Source of the DNA: Candidatus Latescibacterota bacterium
Lineage (GTDB): Bacteria > Latescibacterota > UBA2968 > UBA8231
Assembly: GCA_965248265.1 (NCBI GenBank)
Contig: CBDFJF010000001.1
Span: forward strand, 1,504,001 to 1,568,000
Length of the DNA stretch: 64,000 nt
Direction: 5' to 3'
The translations under genes were made by a program, and so were the position numbers. Of this stretch, positions 29,709-38,764 are shown piece after piece. Under the pieces are notes generated by a model, which had not been told where the DNA came from, did not search any database, and saw only the letters and a program-made list of their open reading frames with translations. Each line of letters begins with the position of its first letter. The stretch's first letter is position 1.

Positions 29709-30684
29709 TGCTGGTAGATTCCAGAGAAATGACCAACTTGCCCATGTGGATGGCTTCTCCGAAACGCTGAATTACATCCGGAACCTCATTCAGCTTATAC
29801 GGGCCATCTATCACCGGCTTGACTTTGCCGGCCTCGAAAAGCTCGTTGAAGTATTCCAGATCTTTGTTCGGCTTGAGACTAAGCACGCGGATGCTCTTGT
29901 TTGTGATTCTTCGGATCATTGGTCCGAGGAAAGCGGTTTGTAAAAGTCGACCCGTACTCCCACCGACCGTGACGTAAGTACCGCGCGGACTGAGCGCGCG
30001 CAGGTACTTGAACACCGACCGGTTGGTCCTGGTATCAAGGATTAGATCGTAACACCGCCCTGATTCGGTGAAATCTTCTATTGTATAGTCAACGACATGG
30101 TCAAAACCCAGGGAACGCATCATATCCAGTTTGCGCGAGTGGTCAACGCCAGTCACTTCCACACCGATTGACATGGCAATCTGTACGCCCAAGGTTCCAA
30201 CGCCGCCGCCCGCACCATTGATCAACAGTTTTTGACCCGGCTGCAGCTGCCCTTCATCACGGAGACCTTGTATAGCTAACATTGCCGCATGCGGTATTGC
30301 CGCTGCGTCGATGAATGTCATGCTGCCAGGTTTCAATGCCAGTGCGTTCTCGTCTGCACAGACATATTCGGCAAAACCGCCGAATCCGCACTCAGACAGG
30401 TCCCCGTACACCTCATCACCTGGTTTGAATCGGTCAACGTTCTCGCCAACTGCCTCGACCCGACCGGCAATGTCAAGACCAGGTATTTTGACCTTGGGTT
30501 TGAGTAATCCGCAAAGAAGGCGAATGTAGAACGGCGTACCTCTCATGAGGCACCAATCCCAGTCATTCATGGCAACCGCTTGAATTCTTATGAGGACTTC
30601 ACCCTCCTCGGGAATCGGTACTGCCACCTCTCTAAGGTGAAGGACACCTCGTGAACCGTATTTTGTAAGTACGATTGCTTTCAC
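29701..30684 (-). CDS. NAD(P)-dependent MDR alcohol dehydrogenase/quinone reductase-like protein
   Basis: KAIVLTKYGS, GLDIAGRVE, GGFAEY, LINGAGGGVGT, GKLVI. Confidence 0.9.
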   Translation of the reverse strand: MKAIVLTKYGSRGVLHLREVAVPIPEEGEVLIRIQAVAMNDWDWCLMRGTPFYIRLLCGLLKPKVKIPGLDIAGRVEAVGENVDRFKPGDEVYGDLSECGFGGFAEYVCADENALALKPGSMTFIDAAAIPHAAMLAIQGLRDEGQLQPGQKLLINGAGGGVGTLGVQIAMSIGVEVTGVDHSRKLDMMRSLGFDHVVDYTIEDFTESGRCYDLILDTRTNRSVFKYLRALSPRGTYVTVGGSTGRLLQTAFLGPMIRRITNKSIRVLSLKPNKDLEYFNELFEAGKVKPVIDGPYKLNEVPDVIQRFGEAIHMGKLVISLESTSNA

Positions 30685-30755
30685 ACTAGTGCCTCGCAGC
30701 GGAAGTTCGTTGCCATAGCTCAACCGGTAACGAACTTGCGCTGCGAGGTACTAGT
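30685..30755. mobile_element. 71-bp MITE-like inverted-repeat element
   Basis: ACTAGTGCCTCGCAGCGGAAGTTCGTTGCC-n11-GGTAACGAACTTGCGCTGCGAGGTACTAGT; 27 of 30 positions complementary, with CTAG at both ends. Confidence 0.65.
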
Positions 30756-30758
30756 TGA

Positions 30759-31721
30759 CTATGGATCCGCACAGTTGTCTCCACCTTGAACGACACCGCT
30801 GAAGTCATACTGGGATGAGAGTGATCGAGAGAAATCGACCTGGTGCTCGACAATGTCCATCCTGACGAGCCCGTTGCCGGTAAATCTGAGTCCAACGATC
30901 TGGCTTCGGTCGTGGGTCGGCACGTAGAGGGTTACCTTGTCTTCGCCCGCGGTGACGGTAGAAAGGCACAAGTTTCTCTCACCGACCGCGTGGTTGCTGT
31001 AGAGAGTCGACTCGGACAAGACAGAGAGTACGCCTCTCGAAATTCTGGCAACTCGAAGAATTCCCCCGATGTGAGGCGTCTGGACCCAGGCCAACTCAAC
31101 TATGCCATCGCCGTCCAGGTCGTAGATCGCGGCGATGTTGAGCCATCGCGACGGTGTGCCGATTTCGTCGACCCAGGCGTACTCACTGAGAGCCCGATCC
31201 TCGATCTTATAGATCATGATACCGGCACCCTTCGATACGTCAGTTCGCACGGTCACAACCTCCAGTTCCCCGTCACTGTCTACGTCTGAGAGCCGCGGCC
31301 GGATGTCTTCGAAGACAAATCGCTCGTCGAGCGTGTGTGTGTATGTGACACCATCTCGCAAGACCACAAGTTGACCGGCTTCAATCCGATCACCCAGGAT
31401 TCCGTGGCCATACCTGTCTGTTGGTTGAGCGTACTGTGCGTAGATAGACCGATCCTTGCTGATGCTGACCTGTGCTTCGGGAAGTTGCTCGAAGCTGGAC
31501 GCCAGGAAGACCAGGTTCTCGTCGTGATCCATCCCGAAATCGCTGTCTTCCTGGTCATCGTGCTCGGCTCGTTCAGAATCCCCCACAGTGGCGGCATCCT
31601 CAGTCCCATCTGGCCCCTGTGGACTGTTTGCTCCGGAATCGGAACAACCACTGAGACACGGCAATAACAGAAGCCCGAGAGACAAGCACCACCGTAAGGA
31701 CAACGCGGAGTGGCCCGTCAT
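30759..31721 (-). CDS. Lipoprotein with FG-GAP-like repeats
   Basis: LSGC lipobox; YGHGILGD, DVDSDGELE, DLDGDGIVE, TPHIGG. Confidence 0.8.
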   Translation of the reverse strand: MTGHSALSLRWCLSLGLLLLPCLSGCSDSGANSPQGPDGTEDAATVGDSERAEHDDQEDSDFGMDHDENLVFLASSFEQLPEAQVSISKDRSIYAQYAQPTDRYGHGILGDRIEAGQLVVLRDGVTYTHTLDERFVFEDIRPRLSDVDSDGELEVVTVRTDVSKGAGIMIYKIEDRALSEYAWVDEIGTPSRWLNIAAIYDLDGDGIVELAWVQTPHIGGILRVARISRGVLSVLSESTLYSNHAVGERNLCLSTVTAGEDKVTLYVPTHDRSQIVGLRFTGNGLVRMDIVEHQVDFSRSLSSQYDFSGVVQGGDNCADP

Positions 31722-32323
31722 TGGTTTCCCGGCGTGAATGGCACATGTCGAAGCGATTTGATGGGCGGCAGAGTCAGGGATAGGGCTTGATCCAGCCTCT
31801 CCCATCCACGTTGATGAAAGGGCTCGGTTCGATCTCGCATAGCCTGCGCGGTTTCAAGAGTCGCTGCTCGGGCGTTGGCTGCTTCCGCATCAGAGATGAA
31901 CCCGGCCTTGCACGCCTCGACGAACTCGTCTTCATCCTCGATCTCGACATTCCCAGTGGACCCCATCACCGGGTCTAGCTCCAAGTCGACGTAGGTCCAC
32001 TCATCATCGAATACGGCAGGCGGGGTGCAGATGTCGACGCTGATCATAGAGTAGTGCTCGCGGCGCCACATTGCAGTCCACCACCGAGACCTTGGCATGA
32101 GCTGTATCACAGGTACTCCTTCGTCACCAGCTCCCTGGCCTACCTCGCACTCCCCGATTGTAGTGCCCTTTTGGCCACGATAGAGTGTGCCCTTCGGGCT
32201 GAAGAGCCAGACGCCAAACTCGTCTTCCGTCACCTGGTAGGCTGCCCACCGAGCGATGCCGTCCGGACGCTTAATCTTCCGGATGACCGTGTCCTTAGGG
32301 ACCGTCTTCACCACGTCACTCAT
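31718..32323 (-). CDS. DUF402-like protein
   Basis: SVDICTP, YVDLELDP, EIEDEDEF. Confidence 0.75.
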   Translation of the reverse strand: MSDVVKTVPKDTVIRKIKRPDGIARWAAYQVTEDEFGVWLFSPKGTLYRGQKGTTIGECEVGQGAGDEGVPVIQLMPRSRWWTAMWRREHYSMISVDICTPPAVFDDEWTYVDLELDPVMGSTGNVEIEDEDEFVEACKAGFISDAEAANARAATLETAQAMRDRTEPFHQRGWERLDQALSLTLPPIKSLRHVPFTPGNQ

Positions 32324-32347
32324 CGCATCGCTCTTCTCGCCTCTCCG

Positions 32348-32402
32348 CCATAACGCCAGCATTACCTGCACGCCTTGCGCATCTGGTGATGTTTTGTTGG
32401 CG
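32348..32402 (-). other. attC-like recombination site
   Basis: Minus strand CGCCAAC aaaa CATCACCAG..CAGGTAATG ctggc GTTATGG; outer AAC/GTT and inner complementary boxes. Confidence 0.6.
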
Positions 32403-32439
32403 CGTTTTGCAGTACTACTACATGTCGATGTAGCTCCGA

Positions 32440-33510
32440 CTACGGAGAGATATTGCCCGGTCGGAAACCAGCGTCGAGAAGATCAGCTTCGGGAATTGCT
32501 GCCCCGGCTAGCAAGGCCTTTACTTCAACCGGACTTGCCCAGCTGAAGCGATCATCTCTCGCATGATGGTTCGTGACATTCCTCAGGTGTCTGCCGTCGG
32601 CCGTGACGACGTAGATTTCGCGATTGCCGTCCCGTTCCGAACTGAACGCGATCTCGGTTCCATCCCAAGACCAGCAGAACGCATCGACACCACTTGAATC
32701 GCGACTGACGTTGACGAGACCCACGCCGTCACGGTTGACAACATAGACGTCGGGAACGCCTCCTTGGACAGAACCCAGAAAAGCGAGACGTGAAACGCCC
32801 TGCCCCGAGATCGCGCCGTGGCCGAAGGGCCAAGCCCAGACCGGTCGGTGACCTGTTAGCCCGGGGGCCAACCGGACTACATCGTCGCCGTTTCGATCCA
32901 TAGCGAACACCTCCACGGGACCGTGCCGATCCGAGAGGAAAGCGATGCTCTCTGAATCCGGAGACCACACTGCGTGGAAACTATTGGATGCGTCACTAAC
33001 CATCGTTCGCTTGTCGGTTTCCCATTCCCGGACATAGATCTGGAAGCCCTCGCCTTCATCTTGATGGAAAGCTTCCAGCGCAGGTTGAGTATGCGATAGG
33101 CTTGGGGTAGTATCCGTTGCAGGTTGGTTCCGTCGATGCATCTCGGATATCATCTGTACCTGAAAGCCCCCAAGAGTGTACCTCGGTCCTTCGGAGTTGT
33201 TGGCCTGTGAAGGGGGGAAAAATACTCGGATGTCTGCACGCCCTCGGGATGCCCACCTCGGGCCAACCAGCGATCCTGTCCTCTCGTGGTTCGTCACCCT
33301 GCGGACATTGCTCCCTGCCCGGTCGGCAAGATAGACATCCAGCGGCTGGCCATCTCGCTCAGATGAGAACACGACCATGCCTGCTCCGTCTTGATCGGAA
33401 TCTGCATCAGCGAACTCCGGAGATAGCATCAAGAGGACAACCACTTTACCCCACGAAGCGAACACGCCCTGCTGGGCGCGACGTGCCCTATGGCTTGCCG
33501 GTATCACCAT
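32440..33510 (-). CDS. TolB-like protein with PD40 repeats
   Basis: FSSERDG, WSPDSESIAFLSDRHG, WSWDGTEIAFSSERDGNREIY. Confidence 0.8.
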   Translation of the reverse strand: MVIPASHRARRAQQGVFASWGKVVVLLMLSPEFADADSDQDGAGMVVFSSERDGQPLDVYLADRAGSNVRRVTNHERTGSLVGPRWASRGRADIRVFFPPSQANNSEGPRYTLGGFQVQMISEMHRRNQPATDTTPSLSHTQPALEAFHQDEGEGFQIYVREWETDKRTMVSDASNSFHAVWSPDSESIAFLSDRHGPVEVFAMDRNGDDVVRLAPGLTGHRPVWAWPFGHGAISGQGVSRLAFLGSVQGGVPDVYVVNRDGVGLVNVSRDSSGVDAFCWSWDGTEIAFSSERDGNREIYVVTADGRHLRNVTNHHARDDRFSWASPVEVKALLAGAAIPEADLLDAGFRPGNISP

Positions 33511-33547
33511 TGTCCGATCTCCGTCAGTGGGTCTAACCCATTTTCGG

Positions 33548-33598
33548 TGCTAACGCGAGCATCACCTGCGCGCGAAGCCGTCTGGTGAATTGTTAGCA
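33548..33598 (-). other. attC-like recombination site
   Basis: Minus strand TGCTAAC aa TTCACCAG..CAGGTGATG ctcgc GTTAGCA; homologous to the 32348 site. Confidence 0.55.
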
Positions 33599-33636
33599 AA
33601 CTCAATTTGCCACGGTCCCATTGGCAGCCTGCGATC

Positions 33637-33768
33637 TCACGCTGCCTTAGGCTTCAGATGGCTGCACACCAGATGTGCAACCTCCAGGGGAGTCTTGCCG
33701 TTGCGGTTCTTTCTACGAGTATTGGCACCCAGAACAATGAGCACCTCGACGGCTTCGATATGACCATA
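33637..33768 (-). pseudogene. Ankyrin-repeat C-terminal fragment
   Basis: Hand translation YGHIEAVEVLIVLGANTRRKNRNGKTPLEVA. Confidence 0.65.
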
Positions 33769-33787
33769 AACCCCTGGCCAAAGACCC

Positions 33788-34117
33788 TTAGCTACCTGAT
33801 TCGAGCATCTTCTGCAGGGCTTCGAGCCCGGTCATCCCTGGTGTGATACCCAGCGTGCTCGCCGCTGTGCTGCAGGCGACGATGCGTGCCTCGTAGAGGT
33901 CTTCTGGTTCGCGCAGAGGGTTGTCCGGTGTGCCCTTGGCAATCGCAAAGGCCATGTCGAATTCATTGGCACAGCCGATGTCGTAGATCCCGCAACCGAC
34001 CACTCCACGTGCTGTGTGGATGGCACAGTACTGGCCCCCATCCCATTCGTAAGCAGCGCCAATGGCAGTGCCGAACGGAGTCTCTAAATCGCGGTGTTCA
34101 ACTTTCGGTGATTGCAT
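33788..34117 (-). CDS. YunC/DUF1805 family protein
   Basis: GVVGCGIYD, LGITPGMTGLEAL. Confidence 0.85.
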   Translation of the reverse strand: MQSPKVEHRDLETPFGTAIGAAYEWDGGQYCAIHTARGVVGCGIYDIGCANEFDMAFAIAKGTPDNPLREPEDLYEARIVACSTAASTLGITPGMTGLEALQKMLESGS

Positions 34118-34213
34118 AACACTCTTGGCTACTGATCCCGGTTTCCCAGCTGCGTTGGTGCGCCCAGGTGCTGAACCATGCCAGTTCCGTGTTGTGAGCT
34201 GTGCAGCCGTTTC

Positions 34214-34987
34214 TCACTTCAATGGAATCGTCTCCAGCAGGCTCGTCCACGCCTTGCCCAGGTCCATGACGTCTCCACCACACATGACCAGATCGCAACC
34301 CGCGTCCATGGCGGCACTCAACAGTGGGCCAGGCAGGGTGAAGATGCCACTGAGCTTGCCCGCCGCCGTGGCTTTCTCAATGCAGGAGACGACATTGTCA
34401 CGCAGCTCCGGGTCGGCCATCTGACCGGCACGCCCCATGCTCACGGCCAGATCACCCGGTCCCATGAAAATCCCTGCCAGACCCTCCACCGCGAGTATCT
34501 CGTCGATGTTGGCGACGGCCTCGGTGGTTTCGATTTGAGCGAACAAGTGGGTGCGATTGTTGGCACGCGTAAGCGCGTCTTGCAGGTTCAGCAAACCGAA
34601 TCCCATGCCGCGGGTGCGGGTGTTGAAGCCGCGGGCGCCAAGGGGGGGATACTTGCCGTTGTCGACGATCATCTTCGCCTGCGCAGCATCATTGACCATC
34701 GGCACGAGCAATATGCGGGCTCCCGATTCCAGCGCCCTCAACACATGATGGCGTTCGCCATCAGGCAGGCGCACGAGGGGAAAGATCCCACCCGCTTCTG
34801 CTGCCAGACACAGCGTCTCAATGCGCTCGAAGTCGGATGGACCATGCTCGACCTCGATCCAGATCGCTTCGAAACCGATCTGAGCCGCCAGACTCACCAA
34901 CAACGGTGAGGCGCTGTTGACGGTTACGCCGCGAATTCGCCGCGACTGCCCACTGGCATCTGTGAAAACATCATCTCTGGTATCGAT
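34214..34987 (-). CDS. HpcH/HpaI aldolase family protein (start uncertain)
   Basis: IWIEVEHG, YPPLGARG, AQIET, FMGPGDL. Confidence 0.85.
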   Translation of the reverse strand: MDTRDDVFTDASGQSRRIRGVTVNSASPLLVSLAAQIGFEAIWIEVEHGPSDFERIETLCLAAEAGGIFPLVRLPDGERHHVLRALESGARILLVPMVNDAAQAKMIVDNGKYPPLGARGFNTRTRGMGFGLLNLQDALTRANNRTHLFAQIETTEAVANIDEILAVEGLAGIFMGPGDLAVSMGRAGQMADPELRDNVVSCIEKATAAGKLSGIFTLPGPLLSAAMDAGCDLVMCGGDVMDLGKAWTSLLETIPLK

Positions 34988-34991
34988 GGTG

Positions 34992-36710
34992 CTACCCTCC
35001 CTTTGTTTTACCGTCCTTCGTTTTACCGTACATCTTGGCCGCCTGCTCTGCTGAGATCAGTTCATCCTCCACGTCGCGGTCGACTTCGGCCTGGTCCCGC
35101 TCTGCAGGATCGCCCCATCCACCACCACCTGGAGTCTGCGTGTATAACTGCTCCCCCTGCTTCAGTACGTCGTGCACCTTGGTCGGCAGCTCACGCTTGC
35201 TGCCGTCCGGCGAGATGACCCAGGTGTGAGCGCCGACTGCGCTGGTCCCGTTCTCCAGGCCCCACGGCGTAAACTTGCGTCGATCCGCACCGATCGTGAT
35301 CGTCGTCCGTTCGCCGAGGCATTTGAGCTCTCGAACTAGACCGCATCCCCCACGCTGACGACCGTGACCGCAGGTATCGGGAACCAGCCCGTACTGCACC
35401 ACCTGCAACGGATAGGTACGTTCGATGATCTCGATGGGCGCGTTGCGAGTATTGGTCAAATGGGTGTGCAGCCCATCCGACCCGTCAAGATCGTGCATGG
35501 CTCCCTGACCGCCCGCGTAGGTCTCCACGTAGTTGTAGTACTCCCCGTTGCGCGGATCCATGCCACCGATGTTGAGTAGGTTCATCTCGCCGCTGCAGGC
35601 GGCACAGACACGATCCGGCGCAATCTGGTAGAAAGCCGCCAGCAGCACATCGATGACGCGCTGATCCGTGAGGATGTTGGCGTTGCCGATCGCGGCCGGA
35701 TAGGTCGCCTGCAGAATCGTACCTTCTGGCGAGAACACGTCGATGGGGCGATAGGCGCCGGCGTTCGTGGGCAGATCCGGATCGAGGACTGCCTTGGCGG
35801 CGAAATAGACACAGGCCCTGGCCGCCGAGAGCCGTGCGTTCAATGGTCCAAGCACCTGTTTGCTGGTGCCGGTGAAGTCGGCCCGCAGCTCGTCACCCTT
35901 GACGGTCAGTGTCGCCGCGATCCGCACCGGTTCGTCGACGACACCGTCGTCATCCAGAAAATCCTCGCCGCTGTAGCTGCCGTCCGGCAGCGTTGAGATG
36001 GCGGCCCGCATGCGGCGTTCGGCGTAGTCGAGGATCGCATCCATGTAAATGAAAACCTCGGCAGGATCCTCGCGCTGCAGCAGTTCGGAGACGCGGAACT
36101 GACCGATCTGGGCCGCCGCGAATTGGGCCATCAAATCACCGCGGACTTCGTGCCTCGTACGCACGTTTTGGTTGATAAATCTGTACAGCACTTCGTCGAG
36201 CTCGCCGCCAGTGAACAAACGCGTCGGCGGAATCTGCAGCCCTTCCTGATAAATCTCCGTCACCCCGAACGGCATACTGCCGGGGGCGAAGCCCCCCATG
36301 TCGACGTGGTGGGCGGTCGAGGCACTCAAGGCGACCGGTTTGCCTTCGTGAAACACCGCTGACACCAGCGACAGATCGGGTAGATGACCAGGCCCCTCGG
36401 GGTACGGCAGATTTGTCGCGTACACATCGCCCGGACGCATCTCTTCCACAGGAAACTCACGCAGAATGGAAGAAATCACCGCCGGCATGATCCCCAGATG
36501 CAGCGGCGTGCCGACCTCCGCCTGGGCCAGAACCTCACCAGTCGGCAACGCGATCGCGGCCGAGCAATCCCGGCGGTCCTTTATGTTTGTCGAGTAGCTC
36601 GTGCGCACCAGGGCCGCACACATCTCCTCGGCGATGCCCTTCCAGCGGTTGCGCATGATCTCGAGACTGATGGGGTCAATACTGATAGGGTCGATGCGGA
36701 TAGAATCCAT
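34992..36710 (-). CDS. Hydantoinase B/5-oxoprolinase subunit (HyuB-like)
   Basis: SYSTNIKDRRDCS, HLPD, HHVDMGG, EIYQEGL, TPGGGGWGDP. Confidence 0.92.
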   Translation of the reverse strand: MDSIRIDPISIDPISLEIMRNRWKGIAEEMCAALVRTSYSTNIKDRRDCSAAIALPTGEVLAQAEVGTPLHLGIMPAVISSILREFPVEEMRPGDVYATNLPYPEGPGHLPDLSLVSAVFHEGKPVALSASTAHHVDMGGFAPGSMPFGVTEIYQEGLQIPPTRLFTGGELDEVLYRFINQNVRTRHEVRGDLMAQFAAAQIGQFRVSELLQREDPAEVFIYMDAILDYAERRMRAAISTLPDGSYSGEDFLDDDGVVDEPVRIAATLTVKGDELRADFTGTSKQVLGPLNARLSAARACVYFAAKAVLDPDLPTNAGAYRPIDVFSPEGTILQATYPAAIGNANILTDQRVIDVLLAAFYQIAPDRVCAACSGEMNLLNIGGMDPRNGEYYNYVETYAGGQGAMHDLDGSDGLHTHLTNTRNAPIEIIERTYPLQVVQYGLVPDTCGHGRQRGGCGLVRELKCLGERTTITIGADRRKFTPWGLENGTSAVGAHTWVISPDGSKRELPTKVHDVLKQGEQLYTQTPGGGGWGDPAERDQAEVDRDVEDELISAEQAAKMYGKTKDGKTKGG

Positions 36711-36712
36711 GT

Positions 36713-38761
36713 TCACGAGATGGCTCCAAGAAGTAGTTGCCCATGCTGGTCGACGGTGCCCGTTTGTCCCGGCCACACTACCGTGGTTGAGTCCAGCTGT
36801 TCGACGATGGCGGGTCCTTCGATTCTGCTGCCGGCACCCAGATCGGCGCGGCGAAACACCGGTGTCTCCATGTGCTGACCGTCATAGACGACGTCGCGAC
36901 GCGCGGCGGGCTCTGCCGTGGCTCCGGACGCAGCCACCTCAGGCAGGCTGGCCACACCGAGATCGACTTCCACCGAGACCCAAATGCTGACCAGTTCAAC
37001 CGGTTGATCCTCGCGTGAGAACCCGTACATGCGTTCATGGGCAGCGTGAAAAGCCGCGCCGACGGCGACCAGATCCGGCTTGCCGGCCGGCACCTCGACC
37101 GCGATATCGAATCCCTGTCCCAGGTAACGCATACCCAGCTGAATGGTTGTCCGCAATCCGTAGTCGGCGGCAGCGAAGGCCAGTCTCATCCGGGCGGCAT
37201 TCTCGAGCTCGTCAATTACGCTGAGAATCTGGTCCGGAGAGCTCTCGGACAACAGCTCGACCTGCGTGCGCACGTTGTCCTCGCGCAGCTGCGACATCAG
37301 CAACCCGACCGCGGAGGTGACACCCGGGGCCAGCGGCACCAGGACCTGGTTGACATTCATCTCGCGCGCGATTTCGGCCCCGTGCAGGGGGCCAGCCCCG
37401 CCGAAGGGGCACAGGGTGAAGGTGCGGGGATCGTAACCCCGTTCTACCGTCAGTTTACGAATTGCCGCCGTCATCGTCGCCACGACCACACGGATCATGC
37501 CCTCGGCGGCCGCTTCCACTGACAGTCCCAGGGGACTGGCCAGCTTGTCTGTGATGACTCTCTTCGAAACCTCGACATCAACTTCCATGCCGCCCCCCAG
37601 CAGGGTGCCGTGGGAGAGACGCCCCAACACCAGATTGGCATCCGTCACCGTCGGTTGATCGCCGCCGCGCCCATAGCAGGCAGGTCCCGGATCAGCACCG
37701 GCCGAAGCAGGCCCTACCCGCAACGCCCCACCCGGGTCCACCCAACCAATGCTACCGCCTCCGGCCCCCACGGTATGGATGTCCAACATCGGCACCTTGA
37801 TGGCCAGCCCGGCCATCTCCGTCGTGCGCGCGAATTCAATCTGCCCCTCATGGATGACGGCGACGTCAAAGCTCGTCCCCCCCATATCAGCGGTAATGAG
37901 GTTCGCCCCTGCCGCCATCGCGGCGCCTGCTACAACCCCTCCGGCCGGTCCTGATAAGATTGTATGGACGCTGTGTCTGGCCGCCGCCTGCGCCGACATG
38001 ACACCCCCGTTCGATTTCATCACGAACAGTGGCGCATCCAGTCCAGCCTCAGACAAACTCCCCTCCACGTGACCCAGGTACTGCGCCATGACCGGTTGCA
38101 CGAAGGCGTTCATGGCGCAGGTGCTGAAGCGCTCGTACTCCCCTTCCTCCTGCACCAGCTCGTGTGACATGCACACGGACGCCTCGGGCAGCGCCTTTAC
38201 CAGCGCTTCGCCGACCGCCTGCTCGTGTGCCGGCGCGGTGTGGCTGTGCAGTAGACCCACTGCCACTGCATCGACGTCGTGCTGCTTGAGTTCGGTGATA
38301 ATCTGCTGCAGATGCTTCTGATCGAGTGGAATCTCCACCGAGCCGTCATGGAGGATGCGCTCCTTAAGCTCGAAACGCCGCGAACGCGGAACCAGTGGTT
38401 CGGCACGTCGGCTGCGCAGGTCGTACATGTGCGGCCGGTCCTGCCGCTGGATGTGCAGGACGTCACGAAAACCCTGGGTCGTGATGAACGCGGCCTTGGC
38501 GCCGCGCCGCTGCAGAACCGCATTCGTTGCCACCGTCGTACCGTGAACGAGCAGTTCGATCTGGGCCACACCGTCGTCGCCGCTGGCTTGGGCCAGCTCA
38601 ACGATCTCGACGATCCCCTGCACCAGAGAACGGCCCGGATCATCGGGTGTGCTGGCAACCTTGTGGAAGATCATGCGGCCGCTGGTGGACTCCAGCAGGA
38701 CGATGTCGGTGAAGGTGCCCCCGGTGTCGATGGCGATGCGAATGGTCTTCGTCCCCGTCAT
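36713..38761 (-). CDS. Hydantoinase A/5-oxoprolinase subunit (HyuA-like)
   Basis: IDTGGTFTD, HGTTVATN, SGPAGG, DMGGTSFD, GAGGGS. Confidence 0.92.
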   Translation of the reverse strand: MTGTKTIRIAIDTGGTFTDIVLLESTSGRMIFHKVASTPDDPGRSLVQGIVEIVELAQASGDDGVAQIELLVHGTTVATNAVLQRRGAKAAFITTQGFRDVLHIQRQDRPHMYDLRSRRAEPLVPRSRRFELKERILHDGSVEIPLDQKHLQQIITELKQHDVDAVAVGLLHSHTAPAHEQAVGEALVKALPEASVCMSHELVQEEGEYERFSTCAMNAFVQPVMAQYLGHVEGSLSEAGLDAPLFVMKSNGGVMSAQAAARHSVHTILSGPAGGVVAGAAMAAGANLITADMGGTSFDVAVIHEGQIEFARTTEMAGLAIKVPMLDIHTVGAGGGSIGWVDPGGALRVGPASAGADPGPACYGRGGDQPTVTDANLVLGRLSHGTLLGGGMEVDVEVSKRVITDKLASPLGLSVEAAAEGMIRVVVATMTAAIRKLTVERGYDPRTFTLCPFGGAGPLHGAEIAREMNVNQVLVPLAPGVTSAVGLLMSQLREDNVRTQVELLSESSPDQILSVIDELENAARMRLAFAAADYGLRTTIQLGMRYLGQGFDIAVEVPAGKPDLVAVGAAFHAAHERMYGFSREDQPVELVSIWVSVEVDLGVASLPEVAASGATAEPAARRDVVYDGQHMETPVFRRADLGAGSRIEGPAIVEQLDSTTVVWPGQTGTVDQHGQLLLGAIS

Positions 38762-38764
38762 TTC

